Notes under the pieces: model-generated
Told to the model about the DNA's origin: nothing
Databases searched by the model: none
Seen by the model: the letters and a program-made list of their open reading frames with translations, nothing else
Made by a program: the position numbers and the translations under genes
Shown here: piece by piece, positions 1-8,079 of the stretch
Position numbering within the stretch: position 1 is the stretch's first letter
How the letters are laid out: each line of letters starts with the position of its first letter
Assembly (NCBI GenBank): GCA_963709265.1
Contig: CAVPVN010000002.1
Location: forward strand, 171,756-235,755
Reading direction: 5' to 3'
Length of the DNA stretch: 64,000 bases
Source of the DNA: an uncultured Actinomycetes bacterium
GTDB taxonomy: Bacteria; Actinomycetota; Thermoleophilia; Gaiellales; Gaiellaceae

Positions 1-18
1 ACGCTCTACCCTGCAGGC

Positions 19-933
19 GTGGCCGCCTGGATTCTCGCCGCACTCCTACTCGGAGCGCTCGTGCTCGCTGTGCTCCTCTGGGCGGCGCTCCGCAGCGCGC
101 GCGCGAGCGCGACCGCGACGTCCCAGCTCGTCGTCGAGGCCCGCAGCGCCGTCCGGGAAGCGGTCGCCGAGGAGACCGCAGCGCACACCGACGAGGTCCG
201 GCGCGTGCTCGCGCGGGAGCGCGCGGAGACCGCGTCGCTCCTCGCCGCGGAGGAGCGGCGCGCGGCAGAGGAACGGCGGGTCGCGTTCGCCGAGCGCGAA
301 CGCCGGACGAGCGAGGCGCTCGCCGAAGAGTTCACCCGCACCGAGCGTCGGCTCGAGGAGAGGCTGCGCGGCTTCTCCGACGACCTCGACCGCGCGCAAC
401 GCCACCTCGAGGCTCAGCTCAACCAGCTCGGGCAGCGGTACCGCCAGTCGATCGGCGAGGTCGAGTCTCGGCTCGAGGCCGAGGCGGCCGAGCTCGGATC
501 GACGGCTGACGAGCAGCGCAAGACCGTGGTCCGCCTGCGGGAGGAGCTCGAGCGCGTGGCGAGCCAGGCGGTCACGGAGGCGCTCGACGAGCTCGAGGCG
601 CACACGCTCGAGCGGCGGCGCGCGATCGACGAGATCACGGAGCGCCTCCGCGCCCGCGAGGCAGCGGTGGCGGATTCGATCGAGCGCGCCGAGACCGACG
701 TCCGCGCCCGACTCGACGTGGTGCTGGTCGAGTGGGAGCGGCGCCAGACCGAGCGGCTCGAGCGGGTCACCGAGCGGGAGGTCGAACGGCACGCGCAAAT
801 CGCCCTGCAGGCCCTCGACGAGCGCTTTCGCGAGGCGCGCGAGCAGGCGGCGACACGCCTCCAGCGCGAGCTCGAGCGGACCGTGGAGATCCTCGCCCGC
901 GACGAGCTCGCGCAGCGGCTCGACACGCGCTGA
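19..933 (+). CDS. membrane-anchored coiled-coil protein, function unknown
   Basis: 304-aa ORF. Hydrophobic N-terminal helix (AAWILAALLLGALVLAVLLWAAL) followed by long E/R/A/L-rich coiled-coil-like sequence. No catalytic motif recognised. Confidence 0.5.
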   Translation: MAAWILAALLLGALVLAVLLWAALRSARASATATSQLVVEARSAVREAVAEETAAHTDEVRRVLARERAETASLLAAEERRAAEERRVAFAERERRTSEALAEEFTRTERRLEERLRGFSDDLDRAQRHLEAQLNQLGQRYRQSIGEVESRLEAEAAELGSTADEQRKTVVRLREELERVASQAVTEALDELEAHTLERRRAIDEITERLRAREAAVADSIERAETDVRARLDVVLVEWERRQTERLERVTEREVERHAQIALQALDERFREAREQAATRLQRELERTVEILARDELAQRLDTR

Positions 934-997
934 CAATTCCTTCACCAACTTCTCCCGGAAGGGATCGTCAAAGGCAGCACGAAACAACCGTGCATTC

Positions 998-1204
998 ATG
1001 GCCGAGGCGACCGAGACAACACCTGTGTGGCGCGAGGACGAGCAGTCCAAGGTCGAGAGCTGGCGCCTGCACGTCTTGATCGAAGCCGGATTCCCGCTGC
1101 CGCTCGCCGAGCGGCTCGCAGCCAGCGAGGCCGACCTCCACGCGTGCGTCCGCCTCGTCCGTGACGGCTGCAGCCCCGTGACCGCCGCGGAGATACTGCT
1201 CTAA
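998..1204 (+). CDS. small hypothetical protein (68 aa)
   Basis: ATG-started ORF with balanced, non-Arg-rich composition, followed directly by a 12-bp-stem hairpin. No family recognised. Confidence 0.4.
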   Translation: MAEATETTPVWREDEQSKVESWRLHVLIEAGFPLPLAERLAASEADLHACVRLVRDGCSPVTAAEILL

Positions 1205-1211
1205 CCCGCAA

Positions 1212-1240
1212 GACGGAAATCCGCCGAGCGGATTTCCGTC
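1212..1240 (+). terminator. stem-loop downstream of the 68-aa ORF (no U-tract)
   Basis: Perfect inverted repeat GACGGAAATCCG-ccgag-CGGATTTCCGTC beginning 8 nt after the stop codon. Confidence 0.45.
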
Positions 1241-1367
1241 GCAGGAAAGGGGCCCCTGAAGGCGTCCGCTACCGCGGCCGCAACTGCTCCGGAGCGTCGT
1301 TTCGAGCCGTTGCGAGCGATAGCGACCTGGCGCCGAGGCTCATGGGCCGGCTGGCTAGGCTCCTCGC

Positions 1368-2516
1368 ATGGAGGCCGGGGCCGCGGGCGAGCGCAGGGTG
1401 TACACGGTCGCCGCGTTCAACCGGCGGCTCGCGGGATACGTCGGGCGGGTGCGGGACGTCTGGGTCGAGGGCGAGGTCAGCGAGCTGCGGCGGAGCCCGG
1501 CGTGGGGGACCGTCTTCGTCACGCTCAAGGACGCGCGAAGCGGGGCGTGCCTGCCGGCGACGATGCTGCGGCGACGCTTCGACGTGATCTCACCGCCGCT
1601 CGCCGAGGGCGAGCGCGTCCAGGTCAACGGCGGGCTCCAGCTCTACGAGGCCCGTGGCGAGCTCGGCTTCCGCATCGCAACGCTCGAGCGGGTCGGCGAG
1701 GGCGATCATGCGGTCGCGCTCGTGCGGCTGCATCGCGCGCTCGAGGCCGAGGGGCTCTTCGCACCCGAGCGGAAGCGGCGGCTGCCGCGCTTCCCCCGTG
1801 CCGTCGGGCTGCTCACCGGCGTCGACGCCGCGGCGCGCGGCGACGTGGTAGCCGCGATCGCCACGCGGTACCCGGCGGTCCGGCTCGTCGTCGCCGAGAC
1901 GCGCGTCCAGGGCCCCGCGGCACCGGCCGCGATCGTCGCCGCCCTCGGCCGATTGAGCGCGCGCGAGGGTGTCGACGTCGTCATCCTGGCCCGCGGGGGC
2001 GGCAGCTTCGAGGACCTTCTCCCGTTCAGCGACGAGCGGGTCGTCCGGGCCGTCGCAGGCTGTCGGGTGCCGGTCGTGTCGGCCGTCGGCCACGAGCAGG
2101 ACGAGCCGCTGTGCGACCTCGCCGCGGACGTGCGGGCACCGACGCCCACCGCCGCGGCGCGCCTCGTCGTGCCGGACCTCGACGAGCTCCACGCGGCGCT
2201 GGCCAGAGCGCGGCAGCGCCTCGGCGCCGGTTCCGCGCGCGTCCTCGAGCGCGACCGCGGACGCCTGAGCCGCAGCCGCGAGCGGCTCACGTCGGCTCCG
2301 CTCCTCCTGCTCGAGCGGCGCCGCGCCGCGCTCGACCGCTCGGGCGTCCGCCTGCAGACGCTCTCTCCGCTCGCGACCCTCGCGCGCGGCTACGCGATCG
2401 TCCGGGCCGGCGGCGCGGTCGTGCGCGATGCCGGGGCCGTCGCCCCCGGGAGTCGCGTGGACGTCCAGCTCGCCCGCGGCGACCTCGCCGCGCGGGTCGA
2501 GGAGGTTCGGCCCTGA
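1368..2516 (+). CDS. xseA: exodeoxyribonuclease VII large subunit
   Basis: 382-aa ORF with an N-terminal OB-fold-like region (VYTVAAFNRRLAGYV...VWVEGEVSE), typical XseA length and order, and xseB immediately downstream. Confidence 0.9.
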   Translation: MEAGAAGERRVYTVAAFNRRLAGYVGRVRDVWVEGEVSELRRSPAWGTVFVTLKDARSGACLPATMLRRRFDVISPPLAEGERVQVNGGLQLYEARGELGFRIATLERVGEGDHAVALVRLHRALEAEGLFAPERKRRLPRFPRAVGLLTGVDAAARGDVVAAIATRYPAVRLVVAETRVQGPAAPAAIVAALGRLSAREGVDVVILARGGGSFEDLLPFSDERVVRAVAGCRVPVVSAVGHEQDEPLCDLAADVRAPTPTAAARLVVPDLDELHAALARARQRLGAGSARVLERDRGRLSRSRERLTSAPLLLLERRRAALDRSGVRLQTLSPLATLARGYAIVRAGGAVVRDAGAVAPGSRVDVQLARGDLAARVEEVRP

Positions 2517-2737
2517 CGGAGGCGCGCTCGTTCGAGGACCTCCAGCGCGAGCTCGACGAGCTCGTCGTGCGGCTCGAGCGGGGCGACGTGCCGCTCGACG
2601 AGGCACTCGCCCTCTGGCAACGGGGCGAGGAGCTCTACCGCGCCTGCGTCGAGCGGCTCGACCGTGCCGAGCTCGAGATCGAGGAGCTCCGCGTCGGAGA
2701 CGCGGCCAGGGATGACAGCGCCCCGCCGGCAGGGTAA
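2513..2737 (+). CDS. xseB: exodeoxyribonuclease VII small subunit (probable CTG start)
   Basis: The frame encodes SFEDLQRELDELVVRLERGDVPLDEALALWQRGEELYRAC, typical of XseB. The only start-like codon upstream of the conserved helix is CTG at 2513. It overlaps the xseA stop (CTGA) and is preceded by GAGGAGG. Confidence 0.75.
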   Translation: MTEARSFEDLQRELDELVVRLERGDVPLDEALALWQRGEELYRACVERLDRAELEIEELRVGDAARDDSAPPAG

Positions 2738-2747
2738 GGTCGCCGCC

Positions 2748-3158
2748 ATGGCACAACCGAGCGCCGACCTGATCCGCGGGATCCCGATCTTTGCCGACCT
2801 CGACGACGCCTCCGTCGCGCAGCTCGGCACCGACTTCATCGAGCGCGAGTTCGAGGAGGGCCAGGAGATCGCCACCGAGGGCGAGGGAGGCCTCAACTTC
2901 TTCGTCGTCGACAGCGGCACGGCAGACGTGACGGTCGGCGGGAACACCGTCGGGACCCTCGGGCCGGGCGCCTCGTTCGGCGAGATCGCGCTCGTCGACA
3001 AGTCCGCCCGCTCGGCCACCGTCACGGCAACCTCCCGGCTGCGGGCGTTCGCGCTGCCGGTCTGGAGCTTCCGGAGCTTCGCCGAGTCCCGGCCGAGCGT
3101 GACGTGGAAGCTGCTCGAGCTGCTCGCGGAGCGGCTCCGCGCCGCAGAGCACCGGTAG
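2748..3158 (+). CDS. single-domain cyclic nucleotide-binding protein
   Basis: CNB-domain hallmarks: IPIFADL, GEGGLNFFVV, FGEIALVDKSARSATVTA. Internal ATG at 2748 chosen within ORF 2664..3158. Confidence 0.8.
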   Translation: MAQPSADLIRGIPIFADLDDASVAQLGTDFIEREFEEGQEIATEGEGGLNFFVVDSGTADVTVGGNTVGTLGPGASFGEIALVDKSARSATVTATSRLRAFALPVWSFRSFAESRPSVTWKLLELLAERLRAAEHR

Positions 3159-3167
3159 ACGGGCGCG

Positions 3168-3737
3168 GTGGACGCCGCGTCGGATGCCGAGCTCGTCGCT
3201 CGCTGCCGCGCCGGCGACCAGGCGGCCTGGGAAGAGCTCGTCGATCGCTACGCGAACTACGTCCATGCGATCGTCTCCCGCGTCTACCGTCTCGAGCTCC
3301 ACGACGCCGAGGACGCGTTCCAGGACGTCTTCACACGGGTCTTCGAGCGGCTCGACACGCTCCGTGACGGCGACGCGCTGCGTCCGTGGATCGCGCAGAC
3401 GACGCGGAACTGCGCCGTCGACGCGCTGCGCCGGGCCGGGCGCGAGATCCTGGTCGACGAGGTGCCGGACGGGCCCGACGAGGGGCTCGGGCAGCTCGAC
3501 GAGGCGATGACGGTGCACGCTGCGCTCGATCGGCTCTCGCCGGACTGCCGCGAGATCCTCGACCGGTTCTTCTGCCGAGACGAGAGCTATCGCACGATCG
3601 GCTCGGAGCTCGAGCTGCCCGCGGGGACGATCGCGAGCCGCATCGCCCGATGCCTCACGCGGCTCCGGGACGTGCTCGAGCCGGGAAGAAAACCACCAGT
3701 CACCGCGTCGGGTGAGAAGGTGGAGGAACGACGGTGA
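3168..3737 (+). CDS. RNA polymerase ECF-type sigma-70 factor
   Basis: Sigma2 region (AWEELVDRYANYVHAIVSRV...AEDAFQDVF) and sigma4 HTH (YRTIGSELELPAGTIASRIARCL). Confidence 0.85.
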   Translation: MDAASDAELVARCRAGDQAAWEELVDRYANYVHAIVSRVYRLELHDAEDAFQDVFTRVFERLDTLRDGDALRPWIAQTTRNCAVDALRRAGREILVDEVPDGPDEGLGQLDEAMTVHAALDRLSPDCREILDRFFCRDESYRTIGSELELPAGTIASRIARCLTRLRDVLEPGRKPPVTASGEKVEERR

Positions 3738-3979
3738 CCCCCGAGGAGCACATCGCCGAGCTGATGCGCGAGCTTCCCGCGCCACCCGCCGGCTGGATCG
3801 AGGCAGCGAAGGAGCTGCCGACGATCCGCCGCGAGCTCGACACGATCCTCGAGCGGATCGAGCGGGACGAGCGGTTCCGCGAGCGCGTCGTCGCCGACCT
3901 CGAGGCGACGCTCCGCGCCGAGGGCGTGGAGCCGACCCCCGTCGTCGTCGCCCACCTGCGCCGCGCCATCGTGCCGTGA
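3734..3979 (+). CDS. 81-aa soluble protein, candidate sigma-associated factor
   Basis: GTG start overlaps the sigma-factor stop (GTGA). The stop overlaps the next start. Composition looks coding. No TM helix and no HxxxCxxC motif. Confidence 0.55.
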   Translation: MTPEEHIAELMRELPAPPAGWIEAAKELPTIRRELDTILERIERDERFRERVVADLEATLRAEGVEPTPVVVAHLRRAIVP

Positions 3980-4554
3980 GCCTGCCGACGACCCGGTGGA
4001 CGCTCGCGAGCGTGCCGGCCGGCCGGCTGCACGACACGCTCGCCGAGGCGGGCGCAGGCCCTGCCGGCGGGTCGGCCGCGGCGCTCGCGACGACGATGGC
4101 GTCGGGCCTCGTTCGCCTCGTCGCGCGCGTCTCGCGGGACTGGGAGGAGGCACCGGGGATCGCAGCCCAGGCTGCAGCGCTCGGAGACCGCTCACTGATC
4201 CTCGCCGACGACGACCACCGTGCCTACGCCGCGGCGGTCGAGCAGCTCCGCGCCCCCAATCGCGACGCGGCGCTCGGGAGGGCGCTCCGGCGCGCGGCCG
4301 AGGTCCCGCTCGCGATCGCCGAGACGGCCGCGGACGTCGCGGCGCTCGCCGCCCTCGCGGCGCGGGACGGCGCCGACTCCGTGCGAGGTGACGCGTGGGC
4401 GGCCGCCACGCTATCCGAGGCCGCGAGCGTTGCCGCGGCCCGACTCGTGCACGTCAACCTCATGACGCAACCGGACGACGAGCTCTCGACCCGCGCCGAC
4501 CTCGCCGCCCGGGCAGCCACGGCAGCGCGCGAGGTCGCTCTCGCCAGCACGTGA
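3976..4554 (+). CDS. cyclodeaminase / FTCD_C-like helical protein
   Basis: The motif GPAGGSAAALATTMASGLVRLVARVS plus an all-helical remainder resembles the formiminotransferase-cyclodeaminase C-terminal domain. GTGA overlaps at both ends. Confidence 0.7.
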   Translation: MSLPTTRWTLASVPAGRLHDTLAEAGAGPAGGSAAALATTMASGLVRLVARVSRDWEEAPGIAAQAAALGDRSLILADDDHRAYAAAVEQLRAPNRDAALGRALRRAAEVPLAIAETAADVAALAALAARDGADSVRGDAWAAATLSEAASVAAARLVHVNLMTQPDDELSTRADLAARAATAAREVALAST

Positions 4555-5366
4555 GCGCACGCCCGGTCCCCGCATGGAGCCTGCCTCCTGGCGACGCGCC
4601 GCCGGTGACGGCCGACTCCGCCTGGCGGGCGACAGTGACCCGCGAGTGGGCGTTCGGCGGGTCGACGGGGGCGGTGGACGTCTGCGTCGTCGACAGCGGC
4701 GTCGAGCGGGGCCATCCCCTCGTGGGGACGCTCGAGAGCGCGTACGCGGTCGTTCACAGGGACGACGGCGTCGAGGTCGTCGAGGACGACTCCGGCGACG
4801 TGTGCGGACACGGCACCGCCTGCGCGGGGATCATCCGGTCGATCGCGCCGGACTGCAGGCTCCACAGCGTGCGGGTTCTCGGCTCAGGCGCGACCGGCGC
4901 CGCCGACCTGATCCTCGCGGGCCTGCGACACGCGATCGAGGCAGGTCACCGCGTGATCAGCCTGAGCCTCTCGACGACGAAGCGCCGGTTCGCGGAGGAG
5001 CTCCACGAGCTGGCGGACCTTGCCTACTTCAACCGGACGATCCTCGTCGCCTCGGCCCACAACCTGCCCGTGGACAGCTACCCCTGGCGGTTCTCGTCGG
5101 TGATCTCCGTCGGCAGCCACGAGGAGCGCGATCCACTCGTGTGGTACGCGAACCCGACGCCGCCGGTAGAGCTCTTCGCACGGGGCGTCGACATCGAGGT
5201 CGCATGGCCGGGCGGCGGCACGCTCCGCTGCACCGGCAACAGCTTCGCCGCACCGCACATCGCCGGAGTCGCGGCGCTCGTCCTCGCGAAGCACCCGGAA
5301 CTGACGCCCTACCAGCTGAAGAGCGTGCTCCACCTGACGGCGACGAACACGGAGGGCGCCGCATGA
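4551..5366 (+). CDS. S8 family (subtilisin-like) serine peptidase, apparently cytoplasmic
   Basis: Catalytic-triad motifs VVDSG (Asp), CGHGTACAG (His) and GNSFAAPHIAG (Ser). No signal peptide or TM segment from the GTG at 4551. Confidence 0.85.
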   Translation: MSARPVPAWSLPPGDAPPVTADSAWRATVTREWAFGGSTGAVDVCVVDSGVERGHPLVGTLESAYAVVHRDDGVEVVEDDSGDVCGHGTACAGIIRSIAPDCRLHSVRVLGSGATGAADLILAGLRHAIEAGHRVISLSLSTTKRRFAEELHELADLAYFNRTILVASAHNLPVDSYPWRFSSVISVGSHEERDPLVWYANPTPPVELFARGVDIEVAWPGGGTLRCTGNSFAAPHIAGVAALVLAKHPELTPYQLKSVLHLTATNTEGAA

Positions 5367-5995
5367 CGGAGGGACCGGACGCACGGGCCGCCGCCGGGAT
5401 GCTCGGTGGCGACGAGAAGACCTACCGCGAGCTGCTCCAGTCGATCGTCGACGTCGCCCGGTCGATCTTCGGCGCGGAGGCGGCGTCGATCTTCATGCTG
5501 GACGAGGAGAGCGACGAGCTCGTCTTCGAAGCGGTCTCAGGCCGCGGCGAGGGCGACCTCATCGGCGCGCGCTTTCCGTCGAGCACGGGAATCGCCGGAT
5601 TCGCCCTCGTGACCCGCCAGCCGCTCGTCGTCGACGACCTCGAGTCCGACCCGCGCTTCTCGCGCGACCGCGCACAGGCCACGGGGTACGTGCCGTCGAG
5701 CATCGTCGCCTCGCCCCTGCTCGACGACGAGCGGGCCCTCGGCGTTCTCTCGGTGCTCGACCGCGACCCCCAGCGGCCGTTCGGACTCGCGGAGCTCGAG
5801 CTCCTGTCGCGGTTCTCCAGCCAGGCGGCGATCGGCCTCGGCCTGCTGCTCCGGGCACGGCGGGCGCGGGAGTCGCTCGTCGACGACGGCAACGCCGCGC
5901 TCGTGTCCCGCGTCGCCGCGCTCGTCGACGACGCGGACGACGACGCCGGGCGCAGCCTGTTCGAGGCGCTCGAGCGCGTTCTCGCGTCGCGCTGA
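5363..5995 (+). CDS. GAF domain-containing protein
   Basis: GAF-like sequence (IVDVARSIFGAEAASIFMLDEESDELVFEAVSG...GIAGFALVTRQPLVVDD...SIVASPLL). The ATG overlaps the S8 stop (ATGA). Confidence 0.8.
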   Translation: MTEGPDARAAAGMLGGDEKTYRELLQSIVDVARSIFGAEAASIFMLDEESDELVFEAVSGRGEGDLIGARFPSSTGIAGFALVTRQPLVVDDLESDPRFSRDRAQATGYVPSSIVASPLLDDERALGVLSVLDRDPQRPFGLAELELLSRFSSQAAIGLGLLLRARRARESLVDDGNAALVSRVAALVDDADDDAGRSLFEALERVLASR

Positions 5996-6098
5996 CCCGA
6001 TCGCCAGCGCCGCACACGAGAGCGGCGCCCCGGGAGGACGCCGCTCGTTGCCGTCTGTTCCGCCGGCCTCCCGCGGGAAGGCCGGTCGACCCCGGAGG

Positions 6099-6288
6099 TC
6101 AGCCCACGTCGACGGAGGCCGACGTCCGCGGCACCCACGTCCGCGGCACCGACATCGGCCGAGCCGACGTCCGCGGCGCCGAGATCGGCCGCCTCGACCT
6201 GCAGCTGGTGCCCCTCGAAGTCGGCGTCCTCGACCTCGTCGGCTACCGGCTCGTCCTCGATCTCCTGCTTCTCGCGCTCGTCCGACAT
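6099..6288 (-). CDS. acidic mini-protein with (A/S)ADVG pentapeptide repeats; reading frame interrupted by one extra base
   Basis: ATG at 6288 is preceded by GAAAGGAGAGG with a 5-nt spacer. It encodes MSDEREKQEIEDEPVADEVEDADFEGHQLQVE followed by five xADxG repeats. Skipping nt 6117 gives a sixth repeat (SVDVG) and a TGA at 6101..6099. The uninterrupted frame instead runs about 700 nt further, mostly antisense into the GAF gene. Confidence 0.4.
6102..6192. repeat. six tandem copies of a 15-bp unit (CGACGTCCGCGGCAC-like)
   Basis: Directly visible periodicity: gccgacgtccgcggc / acccacgtccgcggc / accgacatcggccga / gccgacgtccgcggc / gccgagatcggccgc. Confidence 0.85.
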
Positions 6289-6378
6289 CGTTGCCTCTCC
6301 TTTCGGCGCAGAGCCCTGGTGGACCACTCACCCACCCGACGCGCGTGGGAGCTGAAATCTTCCCGCATTTCTGGTGGG

Positions 6379-8079
6379 GTGCGCAAGACCGTGGCAGGAC
6401 CGTCCGGGACGCAGGGGTCGCCCACCGAGAGCGAGAGTCGCGCGCGCGCCTCGCTCCGCGCCCTCGGCGCGGTGCTGGCGAGCCCCCCGCTGCGCCGGCT
6501 GCAGCTCGCCTGGGTCGGGTCGATCCTCGGCGACTGGGCGTATCTCGTCGCGCTCGGCGTCTATGCCTACGACCAGGGCGGCGCGTCCGCGGTCGGGCTC
6601 GTCGGCCTGATCCGGCTGCTCCCCGGTGCGTTCATCGCGCCGTTCTCGGCGTCGTTCGTCGACCGCTTCCCACGCGTCGCGGTCATGGTCGTCGCGGACG
6701 TCGTGCGATTCGTGCTCATGGCCGCGGCCGCGCTCGTCATCGCGACGGACGGGCCTGCGCCAGTCGTCTACGGGCTCGTCGCGCTCACGAGCGCAACCGG
6801 CACGGTCTTCCGTCCCGCGCAGGCCGCGCTGCTGCCGTCGCTTGTCGCCTCGCCTGCCGAGCTGACGGCGGCGAACGTCGCGTCCAGCACGCTCGAGAGT
6901 GTCGGCACGTTCCTCGGGCCGGCGCTCGGCGGCCTGCTGCTAGCCGTGAGCAGCCCCGCGGTGGTGTTCGCGGCGAACGGCGCCACGTTCCTCTGGTCCG
7001 CCGTTCTCGTCCTCGGGCTGCGGCGCCACGACGCTCCGCGCCAACGCCCGTCGCGAGACGCGGGGGGGCGGGACGAGTCGAGCGGCGTCATGGCCGGCAT
7101 CAGGACGATCGTCCGGGAGCCGAACCTGCGCACACTCGTCGGCCTGTACGGGGCGCAGACGCTCGTCGCCGGAGCGCTCAACGTGCTGGTCGTCGTCACG
7201 GCGTTCCAGCTGCTCGACCTCGACGAGGCCGGCGTCGGCCTCCTCTACGCCGCCGTCGGAGTCGGTGGGCTCGTCGGTGGGTTCGTCGCCCTGATCCTCT
7301 CGGCACACGGCCGTCTCGCGCGCGACTTCGCTCTCGGGCTTGCGTTGTTCGGGCTCCCGCTCATTCTCGTGGGAGGCGTGCCGGTCTCCTTCGTCGCCGT
7401 CGCCGCGCTCGGCGTGATCGGCATCGGTAACTCGATCGTCGACGTGAACGCGCTGACGATCATGCAGCGCGTCGTCCCGGACGCGGTGCTCGGTCGCGCC
7501 CTCGGAGCGCTCCAGGGCCTCCTGCGCGCGACGCTCGGGATCGGCGCGCTCGTGGCTCCGGGCCTCGTGGCGCTCGTCGGGCCCGAGTGGGCGCTCGTCG
7601 CCACGGGAGCGGTACTCCCCGCCCTCGCACTCTTCACCCGACCCCGGCTTCGCTCGATCGATCGGGAGGCGTCCGCGCCCGAGGCGACCGAGCTGCTCCG
7701 CCGCGTCCCGCTGCTCGCAGCGCTCCCCGAGGCCGTGCTCGAGCGCCTCGCGCGCGAGGCGTCGCCTCTATACATTCGTGCCGGAGTGCCGATCGTCAGG
7801 GAGGGGGAGATCGGCGATCGGTTCTACGTGATCCGCGCGGGGACGGTCTCGATCCTGGGACGCACGTTCGGCCCGGGCGAGGGCTTCGGCGAGATCGCGC
7901 TGCTCCGCGACGTTCCGCGAACCGCGACGGCGTCGGCCGTGACGGACGTCGAGCTGGTCGCGCTCGAGCGCGAGCCGTTCGTCGCCGCGGTCACCGGCCA
8001 CGCGCCGAGCGCGGCTGCTGCGGACACGGTCGTGGCGGCCCGGCTGGGCGCGCTCAGCGCCGGGACCGCGCAGGTGTGA
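6379..8079 (+). CDS. MFS transporter fused to a C-terminal cyclic nucleotide-binding domain
   Basis: About 12 TM helices (MFS_3/EntS-like: LGDWAYLVALGVYAY, FVDRFPR), then a CNB domain (VPLLAALPEAVLERL...GDRFYVIRAG...GFGEIALLRDVPRTATASA). GTG at 6379 chosen as start. Confidence 0.8.
   Translation: MRKTVAGPSGTQGSPTESESRARASLRALGAVLASPPLRRLQLAWVGSILGDWAYLVALGVYAYDQGGASAVGLVGLIRLLPGAFIAPFSASFVDRFPRVAVMVVADVVRFVLMAAAALVIATDGPAPVVYGLVALTSATGTVFRPAQAALLPSLVASPAELTAANVASSTLESVGTFLGPALGGLLLAVSSPAVVFAANGATFLWSAVLVLGLRRHDAPRQRPSRDAGGRDESSGVMAGIRTIVREPNLRTLVGLYGAQTLVAGALNVLVVVTAFQLLDLDEAGVGLLYAAVGVGGLVGGFVALILSAHGRLARDFALGLALFGLPLILVGGVPVSFVAVAALGVIGIGNSIVDVNALTIMQRVVPDAVLGRALGALQGLLRATLGIGALVAPGLVALVGPEWALVATGAVLPALALFTRPRLRSIDREASAPEATELLRRVPLLAALPEAVLERLAREASPLYIRAGVPIVREGEIGDRFYVIRAGTVSILGRTFGPGEGFGEIALLRDVPRTATASAVTDVELVALEREPFVAAVTGHAPSAAAADTVVAARLGALSAGTAQV

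Noticed and set aside
1590-4037. 815-aa minus-strand ORF. Similar very long ORFs include 14493..17441 (+), 38575..40596 (-), 60428..62239 (-), 52685..54955 (-) and 8054..10351 upstream of 9154.
   Set aside because: The translations are dominated by Arg/Gly/Pro/Ala, show no motifs, and lie antisense or out of frame to genes with clear family signatures. These are typical open frames of very GC-rich DNA.
6102-6192. The tandem 15-bp repeats, considered as a possible CRISPR array or minisatellite.
   Set aside because: The units are contiguous with no spacers, far shorter than CRISPR repeats, and in phase with a coding frame (5 codons per unit).
5422-6327. The full 301-aa reading of the minus ORF that starts with the acidic repeat peptide.
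   Set aside because: After the pentapeptide repeats it turns Arg-rich and runs about 570 nt antisense through the well-supported GAF gene. Only the first 190 nt or so (with a one-base correction) look coding.
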